Shown: positions 10,810-23,680 of the stretch, one piece after another | Numbering within the stretch: position 1 is the first letter of the stretch | How the letters are laid out: the number at the start of each line of letters is the position of its first letter | Assembly (NCBI RefSeq): GCF_001194135.2 | Contig: NC_068985.1 | Span: 67,576,891-67,640,890 of the forward strand | Direction: 5' to 3' | DNA: 64,000 nt | Source of the DNA: Octopus bimaculoides | Lineage: Eukaryota | The notes under the pieces: model-generated | Told to the model about the DNA's origin: nothing | Seen by the model: the letters and a program-made list of their open reading frames with translations, nothing else | The model's database searches: none | Made by a program: the position numbers and the translations under genes

Positions 10810-13800
10810 GTAAATTATGACATGACACAGGGCCCATCCATTACTATACGTATTTGTTACAGCATACATCACAAACTCAAGACGTCACACGTTGTGTGCA
10901 CATCTTAACGTAAAAATCACTTTTATTACATCTCCCTTCATTGCAAGGGGTATTATAATAGTGAATATATACATAAAAATTTAAGCTATGGCAATATTTG
11001 GAACTTAAATTATTAATTTCAAATGAACTCGATTGTAGATTCATTATCATTCTGGTAAAACAACTCTTTTCAGAGTCCATATATCTTCTTTAAATTCAAC
11101 TATCCATAAATGATTTTTTTTTTGTTTTTGTCATTAAGAAAATAATCTCTTTAACTTCTTCAAACGTAGAAAGAATATTGAAATATGCTTTCTAGCAATT
11201 AAGATAGTTCAACTTGTTTAACGTCAAATTCAACATTTAACACAGTTCATGAATCACTCTCTTCATTGAGCACTTCCCAAATTCAACAGTTCTTGATATC
11301 AATATTGATATCATTCCGGCATGTTGAGTTTTCGTTCGGATCTCAGAGTTTCATTAAAGATATTGTCTTTAATCTAAGAATCATCTGCATCATAGTTCAT
11401 AGTCTATTCAAGTTCTCGAATTGGCTGAGCTGTTGGATTCTAAGCAGCTGTTCGCAGATGACGGCGATTTCGTCGATACTGTCTTCTATTTGACGTCATG
11501 TTGTAGAATTTTAGAGCACCATACATTGACTTGGCAACTAACTCTAGTCTTACATGACTGCTTTTCTTGAATACTGAATTACTGTCCAGGAGTCAAAGGA
11601 GGTAACTCTCTACTACATGTGTTGTAGTTGTACTTTTGCTGTTCTTGAGGTGATTTCAGCTGATCATGTAGCTGTTTCTGGTCTTGCGCCTGATGTTTCA
11701 GCAAGACATCGAACACAAGTAAGCGACTCTTTAGGTGCCTGCTCATTAGCTTTTGAGTTGGTGATAGACTGACTATGTTAACAGGTGTATTTCCGTGCTC
11801 AAGTAGAGCAAAGTAGACATCTCGGTCTCTAGCTTCTGGTTCCTTGAGCAGATTTTTTACTATCTGAACTGTACACTCAGCTTGTCCGTTTGATTGTGGG
11901 TATGTCGGACTTGTTGTTGTGTGTTTGAAGTGTCATTCTAGGCCAAAGTTACAGAACTCTGCACTCGTAAACTGCGGTCCGTTATCTGTCATGAGCTCAT
12001 CTCGGATGCCGCTTTTGGCAAAGTCAGATTTCCCTGCTCAAATTCTCGTTTTACTTGATAGGTCAGGCAATTTCACAATTTCAGGGTACTTTGAGAAATA
12101 GTCCACACACACCAGGTAGACAATTTTCTTGTACACAAGCAAGTCGGCTCTGAGGATGCACTCTGTCACTCCAAAATGAGCATCATGAATTCTGTTCAAC
12201 ATTTCTGTTTGTAGTGTTGCATGAACTGCAACACCCTCATCTTTGAAGATGAGCTCATCAATAACAGTCAGTTCATCTCGAATATTCTAGTAGTCTCTCG
12301 CACTGAATGGAACATCATTTCTGTTTTCTGGCCGTCCGAACGAAATCACTGATTTCAGCTGTTGCAGTTCGGGGTCATTCTCAGTGGAAATCCTGAATTC
12401 GCTCAACTTTCTTCAGGCCATGGGCAGTTGTGATATTAGGTCCATATCACACTTGATTTCATCAAACCAATCATTACTGTCTTGCAAATATGCTCTGCTC
12501 AAGGTATCTGCAACAATCAGTTCTTTGCCGAGTCTGTAGGTAACTTGAAGACCATACTTCTGTAGACGCAGCAACATTCTCTGCAACGACTAAGGAGCTT
12601 TACACAAAGGTTTGTGAAATATGATTTCAAGGGTCTAGTGATCAGTTTCTACTTGAACTGTTTTCCCAAAGATGTACTGATGAAACTTCTCACATCCAAG
12701 TAGGATACCTATCATCATTCTCTGCACATACTTCTTTTTCGCACTTGTCAGTGACCTCGAAGTGAACGCTGCAGACTTGCCAGCTTGCATCAACACTGCT
12801 CCCAGCCCTTCGGCGCTTGTATTCACTGATAACGTTACTGGCTCTGTAACAGGAAAGTATTGTAGTACTGGAGACTCTGTCACTCTTTGTTTCAAATTCT
12901 TGAAACACGTTTGCTGCCTTTCATTCCAGTGCCATGCAATGTCCTTCGGCAATAATTCGCGCAGAGCTGCAGCTTCAGTGGAGGAGAGATTTGGCATGAA
13001 GTTTCCCAGATACTGTATCATACCCCGGAATCGCATCAGATCCATTTTGTTTTCAGGCTCCGACATTTCTCGGATAGTTTTCACCTTTTCAGATTCTGGC
13101 TTCCGTCCCTTGTCAATGAAAAGATGCCCTGCATATGCAACCTCCATCATTCCCAGCCTGCATTTTTTTGCATTAAATTTCAGGCCACTCGACTGTATTC
13201 TATTCAGAACGACATGCACTCTTTCATCATGTTGCTTTAAATCTGTACCCCACACCAAAATGTCATCAACAATACATTCTGTACCTGATAAACCTAGGAT
13301 CTATAACATTGTTCTCTGAAATACCTCCGGCGCCTACTTCACTCCGAAAGGTAGTCGAGTGAATCGGTACACAACTTGGAAATGCTTTCATCAAGTTACA
13401 CCAAAACACAGACTCAGTGTCAAGAACAATGAACAGCTTAGCACCCGGCATTCATGACATAATTTCATCATCAGTTCCCATGGGATAGTGTTGTCTTTTT
13501 ATGGCACAGTTAAGATCTTTTGGGTCTATACAGATCCTAATCGTGGTTGGTTTCACTAATTTCAACATATTATTAACCCAGTTTGTGGGTTGAGTCTCTT
13601 TTGAGGACAACTCCAAGCTTGGTCATTTGATCAAACTCTGCTTGCACCTTGTCCATCAAAGCAGCAGGCACCTGTCTCTGCGAGTGCACCACGGGTGTGA
13701 TTTAGACCCCTAATTCTATGTGGTATTCTCCCGATATGCATCTGAGTCTTTGGAACAACTCTGGATATTCTACCAGTATGTCTGTATTCACTTTCTGAAT

Positions 13801-15120
13801 GTTGTGAACTCGCTGTACCAACTTCAATTTCTCATAGGTTTTTCTTCCCAATATTCTAGGGCGGTTTTCCTAGATGTGCCACTGATTTTCTTGATACTGA
13901 TAGTTCTATCTGTCCAAGCAGCAATCACTTTTCTTCGAAGTATGATACAAGTTTCACTTTTGTTCTTGACAGTTCCTTATTCTTCAACTTCATACTGTCG
14001 AACATTGATTTGGAAATGATATTGCAATGTTCACCTGCATCCAATTTGACTTTCAATGGTTTCTTGTCGATTAATAAAGTTTCACACCAGTCTTCATCAT
14101 TTTCATCGGTAGTTATCTGTCCAATGACTAATTCTTCAAATTCTTCAGTTTTTTCAGAATTGTCAACAAGTTGAACATTTTTGAGTTTTCTCTCTGTAGT
14201 GGTCTGTGATGCCTAGATGGCATCATTTTACCAGCATATGTAAAACTAGATGGCATTCTAGTTTTACATATGCTGGCAAAATGATGTTTACCACTGCATT
14301 TGTTACAAACTTTTCTTGCAGCTGGACACTTGTCTTTAGCATATTTTCAACCACATTGTCTACATTGAGGGAATTCTTTTGTACTGCCTTTAGGTTCATA
14401 CTTTCTTCTTGGATATTACTGGTATTAATGGCATTGATTTCTTCAGCGATAGTTGACTGTTCATCATTAAGAACTCTCAATGTCTGTAGCTCTACATATC
14501 TGTATATTTTTTTCCAAATCAAGATCATGTATTAACAACTCCATTCTGAGGCTATCAATAAGAATTCCACAGACAATTCTGTCTTTAATGATTCCATCAT
14601 TCAATGTCCCAAACTCACAAGTTCTAGATTTATTCTTTGAATCTATCATCTACCGTTCAATTTTCTCATTTTGTTTCTGATATCTAGTGAAAAATGCATG
14701 TCGTTAGATTTTTCTTAGGTTCACAGAATTCCTGAAAGTTTTCCTTTACTTTGTCGTAATTATTGTTATCCGCTTCCTCACTCCACTCAAAAGAGTTATA
14801 CAGTTTAACTGTAGCTTCTCCCTCCACGTGTAGTAGAGTAGCACACTTCACATCCTGTGATTTAACTGCGATTCCACTAACTGTAAGGTAAAATTCAAAC
14901 ATTTTTAGCCACCGTTTCCAGTCTCAGCTACGTTGCCTTCAAGAGTAAGCACATTCAGGCTTCTTATCTGATCCATTCGGGCGATTATTCAATCCCTCTC
15001 CTGGTACCGTATAAATTATGAAATGACACAGTGTGCAGCCATTACTATCTGTATGTGTTACATCATACATCACAAACTCGTGACGTAATACTTTGTGCAC
15101 ATCTTATTCTACACATAATT
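10810..15120 (-). mobile_element. Degenerate Ty3/Gypsy LTR retrotransposon (gag-PR-RT-RH-IN)
   Basis: gag starts at ~14976 (MFEFYLTVSG...KCATLLH...FCEPKKN; CEFGTLNDGIIKDRIVCGI) with a CCHC knuckle at ~14270-14350. Protease LKVKLD is at ~14050. RT/RNase H lies in ORF 12635-13258 (GLKFNAKKC, QVETDH). Integrase VDYFSKYPE...TDNGPQF...PQSNGQAE spans ~11880-12110. Direct repeats are 10811-10906 and 15012-15105, with a PBS-like site at 14994-15008 and a PPT-like site next to 10931-10940. Confidence 0.92.
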
Positions 15121-15891
15121 TCTTAGAGCCAGTCACTCGTGTTTTCTTTTTCGCTTTTGTGGGAGGGGTGAATTTTCGCTACTTAATAGAGATATGATTA
15201 TGCTCCAAATGAGAACGCCTCTTTCTTTTCAAGAATTTTCTTGTTCAATGCCGTGCGAGGTAGCATAGTGATGTGTATATTATAATACCCTCGGCTGGAC
15301 ATCGAACATCATGTAAAATGAGTTAACGTGAATTGTATAAAGGCGTCAGATGGATTGTAGATTAATTCAAATATCCAGCCTTGTAGCAGAGTAAAAGCAG
15401 ATGATTAGGCTAAAGAATTACGCAGAGGTGAATGCATTTCTGTAGAGTAGTCAACCTCTGAATTGTTTACTAAAGAGAAATTCACCTAATATGTAAAAAT
15501 TAACACTTCGTTCTCCAAGCCTAGATTCGAAACCGAATTTAAGAATTCTCGGTCGTCCAAACCACCACGATCAACAGGTGCGGAAAAAGGTTTTCTTTGT
15601 CCTGTCAAAAAGTGATTGATCATCTCCCGTTGACCTACGACCTCAGCCGTGTCAGGCGAAGTTCAAATGGACTGGAGCTGACCTATTTAGGTAGAAACTC
15701 TGCTGCAGTACGTCTGTCCTTCTAGCTGCCACAGTTATTATAAATACGGTAGTCAACAGAGGGACAAGGAAGAAAGTCTTAGCAGGCAAACGATAAAAGT
15801 CAACGACGCGATAGAAGATTTTGGCAGACCGCAGAGACCGAAAGAAATGTTCGAAGTTCCACGGTAGACTACTGTCTCAGATGAACTACAC

Positions 15892-15922
<31 letters not shown>

Positions 15923-16697
15923 AACATATCTATTTATGACATATCACTTCCACAGATGTACCCTGCTTCTATTTCTAGCAACTCGTAACAGTTGTCAACA
16001 TATGCATGCAGTGAAGAATTATGTGTACTAACGACAAATTAAGTCCAGTGAATAAATTATTTTAACTATGAATAGATTTACTCATTTGTTTACTTCAAAA
16101 GAATGGACATACCTTTTGCATCTGTTCACCTGGCACATACATTTTACAAATACAAGAATTGAATGTTCATCGTCGAAGGTGAATGAGATTCCTCCACTGT
16201 CATTTTATGTCACTGAGTCTGTTGTTCTATTTCATTCCTCATATATAATTATTTGTTCTTCCCAATTTATCTCTTTTCTTATTACCCCAGCAACTACCAA
16301 CACCACAACCATCACCAACATCACCACGGTTTTTTCCCTCTGTTATTCGCTTCTTTTTCCGTGTTTCTCTTTTTGTGTTGATGACGTTTCACTTAATTCA
16401 TCACAAGATTAACAGCGCAATTGTAAACTGCCAAGATATCAGACAACTGTGCTGCATACTTAGAATTGTCCTTAACAATGTTATACAGCTCAGATAGACA
16501 TCTTTGGTCATTTATTGACGCCAATTAATTCTCATAGTGTGAATATTCTCCCAAATAACGAACACAACTTCTTAGTAGTCAAGCGTTTCGCATGACCAAT
16601 ATAGCCACACTCGTGAAAAAGTCGCATCTAATGTCATATGTTAATGTGTACTGACGCATTATATGTTCTCATCAACATGTGATACCGGTCTTTTCAG

Positions 16698-17534
16698 CTC
16701 CTACCAAACCACTAAATCAATACTTCAGAAGAGTAAGTCTTGTCTCGTGATCATGAAAATTATTTTCCTGTTTCAGTAGTATATGTTTGACGTTGAGAAC
16801 TGCAATAATCGAGGGAATATAACTTATTTGAATACTACCCACTTGTTTCTGAGTTTATATTTTTAGTAGACCAATCAATATTCTTCTAGATCGGATACAT
16901 TATTATATGTGATTAGTGCATGCAGCCTTTGATATAATGTAGCAGCGATTTTAATATTTTCAACAGAACTCTGCTTCCACCTTAGCAGAGCTATTACTTT
17001 TCATTTGATTAGTACACAAGCAAGTGAAACAAAAGGTGCGTAAACAGTTAGATATATGGCAACAATATATTCAAAACAAAACCGGCATCACATTGAAATT
17101 TTGAATTACAGTTTGTATTTCAGAAAAAATATTGCTGCGAGTGAAAAATACATAGGATTCCAAACTGAATGCTTTCATATAAAATTTTGAAAATTTAAAT
17201 CATTTATCTTCTAAATCTTCTAAAGGAAAGAACTTATTTTAACAACTGCTTTTCGCCAATTTTAGCCGCTTTTGTTTAATACTTAATACATTTATTCTCT
17301 TTCCTATTAATTGAAATGCAAATTTAATATATTCAATATCATTATTTTTTATTGCAGTCTATCTATTAACTCCACTTCGTATTTTTCATTGATATTTTAC
17401 CTTTTATTGTATGTTGCTTTTCTATATTTATCACTTAAAATGCTCGTGAATTTTGTTCACTGGTTGACATCATTCACTCACACTTGAAGAAGGGAATTGC
17501 TGTGTTGAGCGAGGAGGTAGAAATACAAAAGAAC
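16698..17534 (+). other. Cluster of three short exon-like units (16698-16732, 16967-17035, 17490-17534)
   Basis: Splice-like boundaries: ttttcag|...AGA|gtaagt; tttttcaacag|...AAAAG|gtgcgt; weak acceptor ttgaag|...AAC|gtgagt. Each unit has an open frame, but the peptides match no family I recognise. Confidence 0.2.
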
Positions 17535-17628
17535 GTGAGTTTGTGAAATTTAGTTTTCCGAATAGAACTACATTAGAGGTATAAATAGATAGATGGTGCT
17601 ACTGAAACTTGGATGGAAATGGAAAGTA

Positions 17629-17712
<84 letters not shown>

Positions 17713-17994
17713 TAAGGCAAGGGGATAGTGGTATATAGATATATACTACGGAAAAAATATGAAGATAAAATTGACAGCGGAAGAACAGCACATTTGGAAA
17801 CAAGAAATATATATATATATAAGGGGTTCAGAGATGTAACTTGATAAACTAATATAATAAGGGGTGAATATTATAATCAATAACAAAATTTAAAAGCAAG
17901 AGAGAAAGCGAGAGGGCGGAAAGAGAGTGAACGAAACCGAATTCCCAGTGCACCGGGTTGGCGGAGTGGAAGGTTGTATCAGAAATCATTTAGT

Positions 17995-18150
17995 ATATAA
18001 AGGCATGAATTTGTGGTTTAGAAACTCTCCTTGCAGGCAGGAGATTTTCAATTGAGTACCACAAGGCGACATCATCGGAAGGGGTCTATAGTTACGGCCT
18101 AAAGTTGACTGAAGCCTTGTGAGTGACTTTGGTAGAAGGAACTTTCTGGA
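17995..18150 (+). mobile_element. Diverged tRNA-derived SINE, same family as 51934-52272
   Basis: Shares gtggttt/aagaa..ct and gccttgtgagtg..tttggtaga.ggaa motifs with the 51934 copy and ends in a TA/TG microsatellite. Confidence 0.6.
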
Positions 18151-18203
18151 AACACATTGTATATATATAAAGATACATTCACAGACACAGCCAAGCACAC
18201 ATA

Positions 18204-18265
<62 letters not shown>

Positions 18266-18538
18266 NNNNNNNNNNNNNNNNNNNNNNNNNNNNNNNNNNN
18301 NNNNNNNNNNNNNNNNNNNNNNNNNNNNNNNNNNNNNNNNNNNNNNNNNNNNNNNNNNNNNNNNNNNNNNNNNNNNNNNNNNNNNNNNNNNNNNNNNNNN
18401 NNNNNNNNNNNNNNNNNNNNNNNNNNNNNNNNNNNNNNNNNNNNNNNNNNNNNNNNNNNNNNNNNNNNNNNNNNNNNNNNNNNNNNNNNNNNNNNNNNNN
18501 NNNNNNNNNNNNNNNNNNNNNNNNACAAGTGTCGGTCT

Positions 18539-18601
18539 TAATAACTGATGAGATGCCGGAGCAGGCTTCAGCCCCGACATCTGAAACTCTGAGTTTTATT
18601 A
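18539..18601 (+). ncRNA. Candidate type I hammerhead ribozyme
   Basis: TAATAA-CTGATGA-GATGCCGG...CCGACATC-T-GAAA-CTC-T-GAG-T-T-TTATTA. Stem I is 6 bp, stem II about 7 of 8 bp, and stem III is the near-palindrome ACTCTGAGT. Deviations are an extra T before GAAA and a GUU cleavage triplet. Confidence 0.6.
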
Positions 18602-19029
18602 TGACAACTAACTGATTGTCCTATATTTTATTTATATATACATATATATGTGTGCGTGCGTTTGTGTACATATGTGTGTGTGTATGTATGTGTATATATA
18701 TGTATGTGTGTGTGTTTGCATATATATGTATGTATATGTATGTATGTATGTATGTAGGTAGGAAGGTAGGTAGGTAGGTAAGTAGGTAGGTAGGTAGGTA
18801 GGTAGGTAGGTAGGTAGGTAAGTAGGTATGTACGCAGACAGATATATACGGCTGTCTTATGCTTCTACTTCTTTGTGATTGTCTTCAACCAATCCCAATA
18901 ATTTACTACTGGCATATTTTTACATGTCTGTAAATTAGCGGAACATAAGTAGCATCCTTAAATTAATATTGATTTGTTTGTGTAAGTGCTTCAGCATGTC
19001 CGCAATCCAGTCACTGAAACAAGTATGGG

Positions 19030-19077
<48 letters not shown>

Positions 19078-19597
19078 NNNNNNNNNNNNNNNNNNNNNNN
19101 NNNNNNNNNNNNNNNNNNNNNNNNNNNNNNNNNNNNNNNNNNNNNNNNNNNNNNNNNNNNNNNNNNNNNNNNNNNNNNNNNNNNNNNNNNNNNNNNNNNN
19201 NNNNNNNNNNNNNNNNNNNNNNNNNNNNNNNNNNNNNNNNNNNNNNNNNNNNNNNNNNNNNNNNNNNNNNNNNNNNNNNNNNNNNNNNNNNNNNNNNNNN
19301 NNNNNNNNNNNNNNNNNNNNNNNNNNNNNNNNNNNNNNNNNNNNNNNNNNNNNNNNNNNNNNNNNNNNNNNNNNNNNNNNNNNNNNNNNNNNNNNNNNNN
19401 NNNNNNNNNNNNNNNNNNNNNNNNNNNNNNNNNNNNNNNNNNNNNNNNNNNNNNNNNNNNNNNNNNNNNNNNNNNNNNNNNNNNNNNNNNNNNNNNNNNN
19501 NNNNNNNNNNNNNNNNNNNNNNNNNNNNNNNNNNNNNNNNNNNNNNNNNNNNNNNNNNNNNNNNNNNNNNNNNNNNNNNNNNNNNNNNNNNNNNNNN

Positions 19598-19639
<42 letters not shown>

Positions 19640-20639
19640 GATCGTTGGACAAGCTCAACTCTACCGTTGATTTTAACTGGGAAAGTACAGCTAAATCCAA
19701 TAATTCCAGAACAACGACAAAATATGTCTAGGTAAAATGCAAAATGTAGTTGAACTTTTGAACCTGAGGGCGTACACGAACGATAAAAGAATACGAGGTC
19801 ATAGACCCATAATCCAAATCGAAATATCCAAAAAGAAAAGAAAAAAACAACGATGGGAAGTTACAAGATCTTGTTTATAATCTCTGAAAGCAAGAATGTG
19901 AAAACGAAGAAGTGATTTCTTTACAGTGATTTCTTTACAGCCCCGAGTAATTACAAAACTAGAACTAAATACAAATCAATATATTTATTCTGAAAGAAAA
20001 GAAAATAGATAGTACCCATATAAACAACTCAACCAATGTAACCAATTCAAACAATGTAACCCCGCAGTCTCAATTACCATAGAAAACACAAACGATACAA
20101 ACCGACGCCGGTATTTAAACAACACGATAATCAAAAGCACGCTACCATGTCCACCGAACACGAAGTGCAAAGACAGACTTCGAAAAAGTGGCAAACAGTG
20201 TGAAATGGTAAGTACACTATTAATTCAGGGCCAAAACCAAGTCATATATGGAACATTAGCGAAGAGCTGATATATAGTGACATTCAAGAAAATAGCTACA
20301 CGGACCTAGGGAAAATATACACTGTAATCTCATATACGACAAGACTTTCGAGGGAACCAACTCCAATTAATAAGGAATAACTTCAGAGGTCAACAAAATA
20401 CACAACCAAATGTACAGCAAAAATTTCAAACGAAACCAACACCACAGGATAACGAATAATTCACAGGGCATAACAAGGTGTATAATGCCAAAATTCGTAG
20501 AAACTATGTAAGTATCGATTTAAAATGTGCTAAGAATGTGATAAATACGGATGACTCCAATCCTTAGTCTGGTTTTAAGACATGGACCAGAAATACAGGG
20601 TCACAATGCGGATTCTAATCATAAGAAACCAAAAATAAT

Positions 20640-21090
20640 CAACCTTTCATTAAAAAGTCAAGCGTCTTTCTAAATAAATCTACTTAGCAAAGGTCGAAAA
20701 TTGACACCAACCGCTCGAAACTCAAATAGGCCTGAAATGAAATATGATATTTCAGAATTCTGCAGAAAGATTAGATTAGCAAAAATTCTTTTCTTGTTAA
20801 ATAGTGATAATGAAACTATAATCAACACAAAAAGAACACTATCCAAGGCAAGTTCAAAATACAGCTCCTGAGGAATTCTGTCAGCGTATTTGAAACTTCC
20901 CTGAAGAAAAAAGGGACACAAAAGAAATAAAATTTATTCCAGTAGACGATAATTGACTTTAGAATTTAGTATTGGAAACGCTGCATGATGATATTTAAAA
21001 TGAAAACGCCAAAGATTACAATAAACGAAATTAACGAAAATCTATATCTTTACATTTGATGTTGTAAACCTATAGATCAACAGTCCTCCC
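20640..21090 (+). mobile_element. Penelope-like ORF N-terminal and RT fragment, internally deleted
   Basis: NLLSKGRKLTPTARNSNRPEMKYDISEFCRKIRL (~20677-20790) matches the PLE N-terminal motif LLxKGLxFxPTP...D...FxRKLRL. TFDVVNL* at ~21052-21075 resembles RT motif A. 19630-20640 may belong to the same element. Confidence 0.65.
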
Positions 21091-21092
21091 GA

Positions 21093-21296
21093 TTATGGAT
21101 TCGAAGCAATAGAAAATACGCTGTTATTATCTTTAAGTGCACAAATTAGCTTACAGATATTCATTTTGTCCTTGTTTCTAAACGAACTTAAATGATTGGC
21201 AATTTGTTGCTTAATATAACTTGAACTAGCTCCTATATAGAAATATTTTCTATTCTGTGAGGTAATCTGACATCTGTATACTATATTTTTATTCAA
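21093..21296 (-). mobile_element. Penelope-like GIY-YIG fragment
   Basis: NIVYRCQITSQNRKYFYIGASSSYIKQQIANHLSSFRNK...LKDNN. Confidence 0.8.
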
Positions 21297-21302
21297 GTGT
21301 CA

Positions 21303-21334
<32 letters not shown>

Positions 21335-22289
21335 CGTATGCGTGTGTATGTGTGTGTGTGCGTGTGTGTGCGTGTGTGTGTGCGTGTACGGGTGTTTAAC
21401 TGTACATATTTGAGTATACCCATCTGAGTATGCATGTGGGCCAAAACAGAATTACACATGCTTTGGAGATTCACACTATCACTGCACTTCCTTTAAACAA
21501 ATGATAATAAGAACAGCTTGACCAGTACAAATATCAGCTACAATAACAGCACTAAAAATTGGCAGTGACATTGTCTGGGAATACGTTATACCCTTATAAA
21601 ATCAGAAATCGATTGTTTATTCAAAAACGACGAAAAAGCACAAACCAGAATTGTGTCCTCTTTTTTCGAAATGGCATAAACGGAAAAGAAGACAAAAATC
21701 ACATAAACTAGAGTTGCGTCCGTTGTTTTAGATATGTCATAAGCTACATGCCTATGTAACCGCACATTGTCTCAAATATCGAAAAATATGGGAAATTTCC
21801 ATAAAAACCTCCTGCAGCTGAAATCAGAGAAACTGTATCCAAGTCTATCCATTGAATATGACATTTTTATTCTGATGCTAAAAAATAAATAAATAAATAA
21901 ATAAATAAAATAAAATAAAATAAAAAAAAATTAGGCGTAAAATTCAAGACTCGAAACAACATGTGACTCCTTATTTTTCATAGTTCTCATGCTTTTACAA
22001 ATCAAGTATGCGAAATTCACTTCAAGAATACATATACAAATGCAATTTCCATTGAACTATGATACAAAACCATTTATTTCGTCAAAAACCTATTGTTATT
22101 CATTATTTTTCATACATATAAACATAGGCAATAAAATTATTTTAAATTTCATTTAATTACACAAATAAATATGTACGAATGAAATTTGGTTTCTTTTATC
22201 AAAGCTCTTTCGTTGCTATGAACTTTGTCTTAATTCGTAACGTATTCTCATGCATATACTTGCATATCGGGAAAGGCTCATATATATCT

Positions 22290-22620
22290 AAATGATAAAC
22301 TGGAAAGCTTTACAGATTTTTACCTTTCCAGTGATGTATTGGATCTGTAGTCTTCGAATTAGATGTCTCCTTTCTGGTTCTGAGAAGCCTAATTTCTCAA
22401 TATTGGTATTTAGGCAGTGTGTTACATATACCAGAGCCCCAATAATTACAAATATAAGCCTAGATTTCTCAATAATTCAGGTTTTCTGTTTTTTACTGAT
22501 CTTCATCTTTATGTTAACATCCGGTGGCCAGCTAATTTCCACAGCTGTGCACAGATTTTCTTCCATTTGACTGCCAACATACGAATGTACCTACGTATGT
22601 ACAAACCCCAGTAAAATGTG
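22290..22620 (-). mobile_element. 3' fragment of an RLE (restriction-like endonuclease) non-LTR retrotransposon
   Basis: Frameshifted VEISWPPDVNIKMKISKK...LLRNL...IIGALVYVTHCLNTNIEKLGF...LIRRLQIQYITGKVKICKAF. Confidence 0.65.
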
Positions 22621-22839
22621 CTTACATTTTATTATGGTCTTCACTGGCGCATTCCATCAGTATTCCTTTTTATTATGTGTGGCTATGTATGTATGTATGT
22701 ATGTATGTATGTATGTATGTATACATGTGTGTTTGTGTGTTTGTGTGTGTAGGTCTGCTTCCTTATGCATGCCTGTTTGAGTATGTCTATCCGTATGAAA
22801 TTGCGTATGTATGCACGGGCACATGTGTATGCATTCGTG

Positions 22840-22876
<37 letters not shown>

Positions 22877-23069
22877 NNNNNNNNNNGTGTGCGTGTGTGC
22901 GTGCGTGTGTGTGTGCATGTATGTCTCTCTATGTAAGCGTGTGTCTGTATGGTCATGTATTTCTGTGTGTTTGTGTGGTTTTGTGTCTGTGTATGTGCGT
23001 GTCTGTCCATACCTACCTACCTACCTACTTACCTACCTAACTACCTACCATTCTATTTGATTGTACCTA

Positions 23070-23680
23070 TGTATATACGAATGTAGCTATGTATGTATGG
23101 GCAGCATCTGTGGCATTGGGGTATCCCTACCTTCTACGTGTATTTCGTATTTTGTAAGGGCAATGTTTCATTTATGAGGACATACTCTTGTATAGGTTGT
23201 TTGCGTGTTTGGACAAATGCAGATGTCAAATCGGACCGTGAGCCGCAACGTTGGTCTTTGGTATATTGATAGTGTATGGACGACTTTTTCTTGTCGTTAT
23301 TCTCTCTCCAGTGTTCGTTTAACCTATCTTCTCTACTCCTAGAAGCCTCCCCAGTGTATGCCGTGTTTCTGTTCTTACAAACTACTTCTATGCACCTTAC
23401 GCTGTAGACTAAACTCCTAGTTTTAGAGTTAATGTTACTGTTAAACTTGCATAGTGCTCAGTTCTCATTATTCCATGTTGTATTTTCAAAGGGGTACGTC
23501 CTAGATAATTTTGATTTGATAGATATCTTTAGCTTCTCAACGATATTAATGTTGAGTTCGGTATCCTTCAGAGCCTACCTAAATCTACGGGCTAATTCTT
23601 CATGAGGTGTGTCATCTACAGACATAGATCCTTGTGTTCAGACTCTTTTGCCACAATCCTCTGGATACGGGAATTTAAAA
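23070..23680 (-). mobile_element. Penelope-like linker plus GIY-YIG remnant of a different subfamily
   Basis: TPHEELARRF...LVYSVRCIEVVCKNRNTAYTGEASRSREDRLNEH (motifs at ~23300-23415). Confidence 0.7.

Noticed and set aside
15505-15580. tRNA-like head on minus (box A- and box B-like)
   Set aside because: Too degenerate to separate a SINE relic from chance, and no matching body is found elsewhere in the window.
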